Shown here piece by piece: positions 1-4,539 of a stretch of DNA of 4,539 bases. How positions within the stretch are numbered: position 1 is the first letter of the stretch; every line of letters begins with the position of its first letter. The notes beneath the pieces are model-generated. The model was not told where the DNA came from. It saw only the letters and a program-made list of their open reading frames with translations, and did not search any database. The DNA is taken from IMG/VR virus record IMGVR_UViG_2778261274_000003. The stretch is one strand, 5' to 3'. Origin of the DNA: a virus. Lineage: Duplodnaviria > Heunggongvirae > Uroviricota > Caudoviricetes. A program made the position numbers and the translations under genes.

Positions 1-56
1 ACACTGAATCTCCCGTCCAAAAGCGCAAATCATGCCATGCAGGCCAGAAACGGCCA

Positions 57-82
57 TTATTTAAAACCTCGGTTTACAGGAA
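57..82. repeat. 26-bp serine-invertase crossover site (gix/cix/hix-like), left boundary of the invertible segment
   Basis: Sequence TTATTTAAAACC-TC-GGTTTACAGGAA is two imperfect inverted 12-bp half-sites around a 2-bp core (69-70). Its reverse-complement partner is at about 2736-2761, sharing the 12-bp block ACCTCGGTTTAC. It closely matches the Gin/Hin-family crossover-site consensus as I recall it. Confidence 0.8.
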
Positions 83-943
83 ACGGTAAACAGGGCTGGT
101 AACGCCGTGCAAAAAAATGGCGATACCTTGTCCGGTGGGCTTACTTTTGAAAATGACTCAATCCTTGCCTGGATTCGAAATACTGACTGGGCGAAGATTG
201 GATTTAAAAATGATGCCGATGGTGACACTGATTCATACATGTGGTTTGAAACAGGCGACAACGGCAATGAATATTTCAAATGGAGAAGCCGCCAGAGCAC
301 CACAACAAAAGACCTGATGACGCTGAAATGGGATGCACTAAATATTCTTGTTAATGCTGTCATTAATGGCAGTCTTGGAGTTGGTTCGACGAATGCGTTA
401 GGTGGTAGCTCTATTGTTCTTGGTGATAATGACACCGGATTTAAACAGAATGGAGACGGTATTCTGGATGTTTATGCTAATAGTCAGCGTGTATTCCGCT
501 TTCAGAATGGAGTGGCTATTGCTTTTAAAAATATTCAGGCCGGGGATGGTAAAAAATTCACGCTATCCAGCTCCAACAACTCCACAAAGAATGCAACGTT
601 TAATTTATGGGGTGCTTCAACCCGTCCAGTAGTTGCAGAGTTAGGCGATGAGGCAGGATGGCATTTCTATAGCCAGCGAAATACAGATAACTCGGTAATA
701 TTTTCTGTTAACGGTCAGATACAGCCCAGCAACTGGGGGAATTTTGATTCACGCTATGTAAAAGATGTTCGCCTGGGTACGCGTGTTGTTCAATTGATGG
801 CGCGTGGTGGTCGTTATGAAAAAGCCGGACACGCAATTACCGGATTAAGAATCATTGGTGAAGTAGATGGCGATGATGAAGCCATCTTCAGACCAATACA
901 AAAATACATCAATGGCACATGGTATAACGTCGCACAGGTGTAA
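71..943 (+). CDS. Silent alternative tail-fibre C-terminal cassette (receptor-binding region, P2 gpH-like); no start codon of its own
   Basis: Open frame from the crossover site to TAA at 941-943. An in-frame TAA at 62-64, inside the outer half-site, closes it upstream. It ends ...RPIQKYINGTWYNVAQV and is followed 3 nt later by a cognate Tfa gene. The ORF-track start at 107 is a GTG inside this frame and is probably not a real start. Confidence 0.8.
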   Translation, partial: GLQETVNRAGNAVQKNGDTLSGGLTFENDSILAWIRNTDWAKIGFKNDADGDTDSYMWFETGDNGNEYFKWRSRQSTTTKDLMTLKWDALNILVNAVINGSLGVGSTNALGGSSIVLGDNDTGFKQNGDGILDVYANSQRVFRFQNGVAIAFKNIQAGDGKKFTLSSSNNSTKNATFNLWGASTRPVVAELGDEAGWHFYSQRNTDNSVIFSVNGQIQPSNWGNFDSRYVKDVRLGTRVVQLMARGGRYEKAGHAITGLRIIGEVDGDDEAIFRPIQKYINGTWYNVAQV

Positions 944-946
944 ATT

Positions 947-1474
947 ATGCAGCATTTAAAAAATATTAAGTCCGGAAATCCAAAAACAAAAGAACAATAT
1001 CAGCTAACAAAGAATTTTGATGTTATCTGGTTATGGTCCGAAGACGGTAAAAACTGGTATGAGGAAGTAAATAACTTTCAGGACGACACCATAAAGATTG
1101 TATACGACGAAAATAATATTATTGTTGCCATAACCAAAGATGCCTCAACGCTTAATCCCGAAGGCTTTAGTGTCGTTGAGATTCCAGATATAACAGCCAA
1201 TCGTCGTGCCGATGATTCAGGGAAGTGGATGTTTAAGGACGGAACTGTGGTTAAGCGGATTTATACAGCAGACGAACAGCAACAACAGGCCGAATCACAA
1301 AAGGTCGCGTTGCTTTCTGAAGCTGAAAGCGTTATTCAGCCACTGGAACGCGCTGTCAGGCTGAATATGGCGACGGATGAGGAACGCACACGACTGGAGT
1401 CATGGGAACGCTACAGCGTTCTGGTCAGCCGTGTGGATACAGCAAATCCCGAATGGCCACAAAAGCCTGAGTAA
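947..1474 (+). CDS. Tail-fibre assembly chaperone (Tfa), 175 aa, P2 gpG / Mu U-like
   Basis: ATG at 947 with AGGTG about 8 nt upstream. The N-terminus [22 protein letters not shown]...DGKNWYEE is the conserved Tfa N-domain. The 175-aa length matches P2 gpG as I recall it. It sits directly after the fibre cassette stop. Confidence 0.85.
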   Translation: MQHLKNIKSGNPKTKEQYQLTKNFDVIWLWSEDGKNWYEEVNNFQDDTIKIVYDENNIIVAITKDASTLNPEGFSVVEIPDITANRRADDSGKWMFKDGTVVKRIYTADEQQQQAESQKVALLSEAESVIQPLERAVRLNMATDEERTRLESWERYSVLVSRVDTANPEWPQKPE

Positions 1475-1479
1475 AAATT

Positions 1480-1499
1480 AAGGCCCGATATCGGGCCTT
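1480..1499. terminator. Bidirectional intrinsic terminator (20-bp perfect palindrome) between the convergent Tfa genes
   Basis: AAGGCCCGATATCGGGCCTT is a perfect palindrome with a GC-rich 6-bp stem. T-rich tracts follow on both strands (TTCTCTCATTC on plus, TTAATTTTTAC on minus). It lies in the 28-bp gap between the stops at 1474 and 1503. Confidence 0.6.
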
Positions 1500-1502
1500 C
1501 TC

Positions 1503-2036
1503 TCATTCTGGTTGTTCGGGAAACGTTACTGGCAGGCTGGAGGTGTCTGTAGATTCGACTTTCTGCGCAAAGAGCATCCACTCGGTTAATTTCTGCTTAT
1601 TCTCGTCGGAAATGATGCCCAGCCGTAGCTGTGAGTCCCATAGCTGGGTTTTATCCCTGACAAGTTGCAACAGGCTTTGCTTTTCATTTTCCGCTTGTTG
1701 TCTCTGCTCTTCCTCGGTATAAGTTCGCTTTATCACTACGCCATCTTTGAACATCCATTTCCCCGAAATATCAGCCCGGCGATTTGCTGTAATATCAGGT
1801 AATTCAACGACGCTTGCGCCTTCCGGATTAATTGCTGAAACATCCTTTTCAATACAAATAATAACGCCGTTATGGTCATAGACCATTTTCAAAGTGTCTG
1901 GCTGGAAATTCTTTTGTTCCTCATACCAGTTTTTTCCATCATCTGAATAAAGCCATTTGATGTTAAATTGCTTTGTTAGCTGGTATTGCTCTTTTGTTTT
2001 AGGGTTGCCAGCAGTAATGTTTTTTAAGTGCATCAT
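1503..2036 (-). CDS. Tail-fibre assembly chaperone (Tfa), 176-177 aa, cognate to the currently expressed fibre C-terminus
   Basis: ATG-ATG start at 2036/2033 with GGGGAG about 10 nt upstream, 2 nt after the fibre stop. The N-terminus [22 protein letters not shown]...DGKNWYEE is paralogous to the plus-strand Tfa, and the C-terminal third diverges. Confidence 0.85.
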   Translation of the reverse strand: MMHLKNITAGNPKTKEQYQLTKQFNIKWLYSDDGKNWYEEQKNFQPDTLKMVYDHNGVIICIEKDVSAINPEGASVVELPDITANRRADISGKWMFKDGVVIKRTYTEEEQRQQAENEKQSLLQLVRDKTQLWDSQLRLGIISDENKQKLTEWMLFAQKVESTDTSSLPVTFPEQPE

Positions 2037-2038
2037 CG

Positions 2039-3877
2039 TTAAATACTCCCCGCGTTATACCACGTCCCATTAATGCAATACTGAATTGGCCTTGCCTGTG
2101 TTGTATCAATTAATTCATCACGGTTTCCGTTAACTGAACCCGTAACGACATAACCTGACCTGTCAGACCAGCCGGGACCATTCCATGTCTGAACAGATGA
2201 CAGACCGCCAAGGCGAATACCTGTAATAAACCTTGAGTTACATTCTGCCTGCGTATATGCACCAACATCTCCCGCTGAAGGTTTTCGTGTCGTGGTATAG
2301 AAATCTGACCAACCTAATTCAAACCCATAACCATCACGAGCCGACCTGTAGGAAATGCCACCATTTTTATAATTCACACGGAATTGTACGGCAGGACAGC
2401 TACCAGCATTTATATTAAAGTGAAGAATTAATACAGATGCACCACCAATCAGGGCGTTATATGCACCACTATCCCAATTCCATCCAACGGATGTATCACC
2501 ATTAACAGTATTACCTGTTTGTCGGAGTGCAAATGCATTGACATTTTTGGCACTAATTGAAATATCGCTAGAACCATCAAAACCAACTCCAGCAATTTTT
2601 CGTGCTGTTTTCAGCTTTGTTGCAGTAGCGGCATTGCCGGACAGTTCCCCAGAAAGGCCACCGCTGAATGTTTGTCGATTGGTCCAGGTATTCGCTGTAC
2701 TGAGTAACGGTATTTTCTCCCCGCTTGTGCCGAGTTCTCGTAAACCGAGGTATTCGATAACGGCGGCAACGGTCGATTTCGCAAGAATATCCCGCCCGAC
2801 TTTTGTCAGAGTTGCCAGGCTGGCGACATCATTCCCCGTAAAATACGGAAACCTGTCTGCCGCAGTAGCAAGCCCGGCCAGCGCCGTCAGGGTGGCATCT
2901 TTCGGTTGCTTACCCGCAAGCGCGTTAGTCATGGTGGTCGCAAAATTCGGGTCGTTGCCCAGCGCCGCAGCCAGCTCGTTCAGCGTGTTCAGTGCATCAG
3001 GTGACGAATCTACAAGGGCGGCAATCGCAGCCATAACGAAAGCCGTGCTTGCGATTTGGGTATTATTCGTTCCCTGTCGCGCAGTTGGTGTTGTTGGCGT
3101 TCCGGTCAGCGCCGGGCTGTTTAATGGGGCTTTCTTATTTGTTTCATCCATTACTGCCTTAACCGCTTTCGATGTCGCGGCCAGTGTTTCAGACGTGCTG
3201 TTGGTGGCACTACTGAGCTGGACAATCCCTTTTTGTGCCGTCGTGGCGTCCTGAGCGGTATATTTTGCGTTAGCAAGATCATACGCGGCCTTTACCGCTT
3301 TTGGTGTTGCGGCGAGCGTTTCAGAGGTGCTGTTGGTGGCACTACTGAGCTGGACAAGACCTTTTCGCGCTGTAGTGGCGTCCTGTGCGGTATATTTCCC
3401 GTTAGCAAGGTCATAGGCTGCCTTGACCGCTTTCGGCGTTGCGGCCAGTGCTTCAGACGTGCTGTTGGTGGCGCTACTGAGTTGAACAAAGCCTTTTGCG
3501 GTCAGCGAGGCGTCCGGGTGACGTCGTGACTGTTCATGTTCTTTCAGTTTGTCATTCACGTAATCCACTGTGGCCATAACCATGGTGTTATCCACGGTAA
3601 GCGCCACGGTGGCAGTGCTGGATACGGTCAGAATGGTGCGAAATGTTTGTGCACGTCCGGATCCTTCGGCAACGGCTGGCTTGTAACTTTCGGCAGTATT
3701 GCCCACCGCGATCAAATCGCCGTGCTCATCAAATACACCAATTTCCCGGATCCAGAATCCGCCCGTTTCAGGAGGAATAACCAGCTCCGCAATAATGCGG
3801 TTCTGATGTGTTGCGTCCAGGATGACGCGATTAACAGTATGTCGCCACACCTCATGCACCAGACGGGTCTGCTTCAC
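2039..3877 (-). CDS. Tail-fibre protein, 612 aa as currently assembled (constant N-terminal shaft plus invertible C-terminal receptor-binding domain); apparently 5'-truncated
   Basis: Long ORF with a 132-bp tandem repeat region in the shaft. The crossover site is embedded in frame (…AAVIEYLGLRELGTSGEK…). The C-terminal domain contains GELSGNAATATKLKTARK and ends RPIQYCINGTWYNAGSI, typical of lambda Stf / Mu S / P2 H fibres. The start is GTG with no recognisable Shine-Dalgarno, and an in-frame stop lies 5 codons upstream. Confidence 0.85.
   Translation of the reverse strand: MKQTRLVHEVWRHTVNRVILDATHQNRIIAELVIPPETGGFWIREIGVFDEHGDLIAVGNTAESYKPAVAEGSGRAQTFRTILTVSSTATVALTVDNTMVMATVDYVNDKLKEHEQSRRHPDASLTAKGFVQLSSATNSTSEALAATPKAVKAAYDLANGKYTAQDATTARKGLVQLSSATNSTSETLAATPKAVKAAYDLANAKYTAQDATTAQKGIVQLSSATNSTSETLAATSKAVKAVMDETNKKAPLNSPALTGTPTTPTARQGTNNTQIASTAFVMAAIAALVDSSPDALNTLNELAAALGNDPNFATTMTNALAGKQPKDATLTALAGLATAADRFPYFTGNDVASLATLTKVGRDILAKSTVAAVIEYLGLRELGTSGEKIPLLSTANTWTNRQTFSGGLSGELSGNAATATKLKTARKIAGVGFDGSSDISISAKNVNAFALRQTGNTVNGDTSVGWNWDSGAYNALIGGASVLILHFNINAGSCPAVQFRVNYKNGGISYRSARDGYGFELGWSDFYTTTRKPSAGDVGAYTQAECNSRFITGIRLGGLSSVQTWNGPGWSDRSGYVVTGSVNGNRDELIDTTQARPIQYCINGTWYNAGSI
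2736..2761. repeat. 26-bp serine-invertase crossover site (gix/cix/hix-like), right boundary, embedded in the fibre coding sequence
   Basis: Plus strand TTCTCGTAAACC-GA-GGTATTCGATAA; its reverse complement TTATCGAATACC-TC-GGTTTACGAGAA is the inverted partner of 57-82 with the same TC core. It encodes VIEYLGLRE. Coordinates are +/-1 bp because of the frame discrepancy at line boundary 2700/2701. Confidence 0.8.
3152..3496 (-). repeat. In-frame tandem array (about 2.6 copies) of a 132-bp / 44-aa repeat in the fibre shaft
   Basis: Protein repeats KG[FLI]VQLSSATNSTSE[AT]LAATPKAVKAAYDLAN[GA]KYTAQDATTA[RQ]. The DNA block TCAGA(C/G)GTGCTGTTGGTGGC(A/G)CTACTGAG recurs at plus-strand 3189, 3321 and 3453, exactly 132 bp apart. 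Confidence 0.85.
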
Positions 3878-3885
3878 GCAGGGAA

Positions 3886-4206
3886 TCAGTTTTCAGCATG
3901 GCTGTTGTCCTCGTTGTTCAGTCGTTGCAGTCTGCGCTGCTCCAGTAATTCAATGGCCCGTTTATCCGCGTTACAGGTTTCCAGTGCATCCAGAAGGCGG
4001 TCGCCCCATATACCGAGATTTCCCCATGTGGGAGTATCAGGGAAGGGGGGAGGCATTACCGGTATGGTCAGCGTCTGCGGTATAAGCCGGACTGACGGCG
4101 CTGGCCGTGGCGCGTTCTGCGTGCCTGCGCAACCTGTCAGTAAAACGAGCGTCAGGCAAAGCGTGGGCGCATTCATCTTTTGCAATATCGTTGCGTAGCT
4201 GTTCAC
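3886..4206 (-). CDS. o-spanin (Rz1-like outer-membrane lipoprotein), overlapping the i-spanin gene
   Basis: Lipobox L-T-G-C after a hydrophobic stretch (…TLCLTLVLLTGCAG), then a proline-rich segment (APRPAPSVRLIPQTLTIPVMPPPFPDTPT). It starts inside the i-spanin gene in another frame and runs 150 nt past its stop. The GTG at 4206 has GGAGAG upstream; an alternative ATG is at 4176. Confidence 0.65.
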   Translation of the reverse strand: MNSYATILQKMNAPTLCLTLVLLTGCAGTQNAPRPAPSVRLIPQTLTIPVMPPPFPDTPTWGNLGIWGDRLLDALETCNADKRAIELLEQRRLQRLNNEDNSHAEN

Positions 4207-4444
4207 GTCTGGCCTCTCCGTCCTGATTGCGTTGCTGATTTTCCGCGCGGAGTTGTGCCAGCACCTGCTGCATATCCTGTACCCCGGCGCTGATGATATT
4301 CAGGGTGTCGACGGTACTTTTCAGGGTGCTGGCCTGCGCTTCGTTTCTGGCGTTCTCCCGGCCCAGTGACCACGACAGACGCATGGATGCTCCCCAGGCG
4401 GCAATCAGAAGAAAAGCGACGCCCAGCGTGGGCCAGAGCTTCAT
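4037..4444 (-). CDS. i-spanin (Rz-like inner-membrane spanin), about 135 aa
   Basis: Start at ATG 4444 gives an N-terminal transmembrane segment MKLWPTLGVAFLLIAAWGASM followed by charged, coiled-coil-like sequence. The ATG overlaps the upstream gene stop (ATGA), with GGAG about 11 nt upstream. The ORF-track extension to 4513 overlaps the upstream gene frame and reads as non-protein-like. Confidence 0.6.
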   Translation of the reverse strand: MKLWPTLGVAFLLIAAWGASMRLSWSLGRENARNEAQASTLKSTVDTLNIISAGVQDMQQVLAQLRAENQQRNQDGEARREQLRNDIAKDECAHALPDARFTDRLRRHAERATASAVSPAYTADADHTGNASPLP

Positions 4445-4539
4445 GCCGGATAAACTCCGTGCGGTAACTGAAAATGCGGTCCGTCTTTCAGGGTCTTCCA
4501 GTCGCCGCCCCATTCCACCGGAATATTCAGTTCCCGGCT
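4441..4539 (-). CDS. 3' end of the upstream lysis gene, probably an endolysin (partial; continues beyond the right edge)
   Basis: Open frame ending …SRELNIPVEWGGDWKTLKDGPHFQLPHGVYPA* with its TGA overlapping the i-spanin ATG. Its position immediately before the spanin pair is where endolysins sit. The WGGDW…D.PHFQ tail recalls LAS/M15-type peptidase endolysins, but that is from memory only. Confidence 0.4.
   Translation of the reverse strand, partial: SRELNIPVEWGGDWKTLKDGPHFQLPHGVYPA

Larger units (their letters stand above)
69..2749. other. Invertible DNA segment (about 2.68 kb) carrying two convergent fibre-C-terminus plus Tfa cassettes
   Basis: Bounded by the inverted crossover sites with cores at 69-70 and about 2748-2749. 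The reading frame is phased identically across both sites (LGLQE on the left, LGLRE on the right), so either orientation gives an in-frame fibre. The layout matches the Mu G-segment and P1 C-segment. Confidence 0.8.

Noticed and set aside
61-435. Minus-strand 124-aa ORF
   Set aside because: Antisense to the fibre C-terminal cassette and overlapping the crossover site; low-complexity translation with no start context. Frame-shadow ORF.
117-632. Plus-strand ORFs of 66 and 76 aa (117-317, 402-632)
   Set aside because: Lie in alternative frames inside the fibre cassette, whose own frame has the homology and the conserved C-terminal motif.
947-2036. The two Tfa genes as a duplicated inverted repeat that could drive homologous inversion
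   Set aside because: Similarity is mainly at protein level; the DNA is diverged with frequent mismatches, so RecA-mediated inversion is unlikely. The 26-bp sites are the credible recombination points.
71-2735. Diversity-generating retroelement targeting the fibre C-terminus
   Set aside because: No template-repeat/variable-repeat pair with adenine-specific differences and no reverse-transcriptase ORF. The variation here is two whole alternative domains flanked by invertase sites.
3152-3496. CRISPR array or other non-coding repeat array
   Set aside because: The repeats are contiguous 132-bp units with no spacers, in frame inside a long ORF, encoding a repeated 44-aa fibre motif.
2233-3529. 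Plus-strand ORFs of 61, 238 and 98 aa, and a minus-strand 65-aa ORF at 3292-3489
   Set aside because: Antisense or off-frame to the 612-aa fibre gene, and they run through the GC-rich tandem-repeat region where long spurious ORFs are expected.
3536-4198. Plus-strand ORFs of 220 and 87 aa (3536-4198, 3822-4085)
   Set aside because: Antisense to the fibre N-terminus and the spanin genes; Cys/Arg-rich translations typical of reverse-strand artefacts in GC-rich coding DNA.
4445-4513. N-terminal extension of the i-spanin ORF back to ATG 4513 (MGRRLEDPERRTAFSVTARSLSG)
   Set aside because: It overlaps the 3' end of the upstream gene, whose frame gives a protein-like sequence. The ATG at 4444 has a GGAG and gives the N-terminal transmembrane segment expected of an i-spanin.

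Overview
This window is a phage tail-fibre host-range module built around a roughly 2.7 kb invertible DNA segment of the Gin/Cin/Pin/Hin (Mu G-segment, P1 C-segment) type, sitting immediately downstream of a lysis cassette. On the minus strand, reading right to left, are: the 3' end of a probable endolysin, an overlapping i-spanin/o-spanin pair, a 612-aa tail-fibre gene and a tail-fibre assembly (Tfa) gene. The fibre gene is interrupted in frame by a 26-bp crossover site at about 2736-2761. An inverted copy of that site lies at 57-82. Between the two sites, on the plus strand, is a second fibre C-terminal cassette with no start codon (71-943), which I recognise from memory as phage P2 gpH-like, followed by its own 175-aa Tfa gene (947-1474, P2 gpG-like). 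The two Tfa genes converge on a 20-bp perfect palindrome that looks like a bidirectional terminator. Inversion would swap the fibre's receptor-binding C-terminus and its cognate chaperone. The invertase itself is not in the window and is predicted just beyond the left edge. Two things are unusual: the fibre appears to lack its conserved N-terminus, with a GTG start and no Shine-Dalgarno 9 nt after the o-spanin stop, and it carries an in-frame array of 132-bp tandem repeats. No BLAST or HMM searches were possible; homology statements are recollection and need confirmation. My reading of the sequence lines in 2701-3060 disagrees by one base with the ORF track at two line boundaries, so coordinates there carry +/-1 bp uncertainty.
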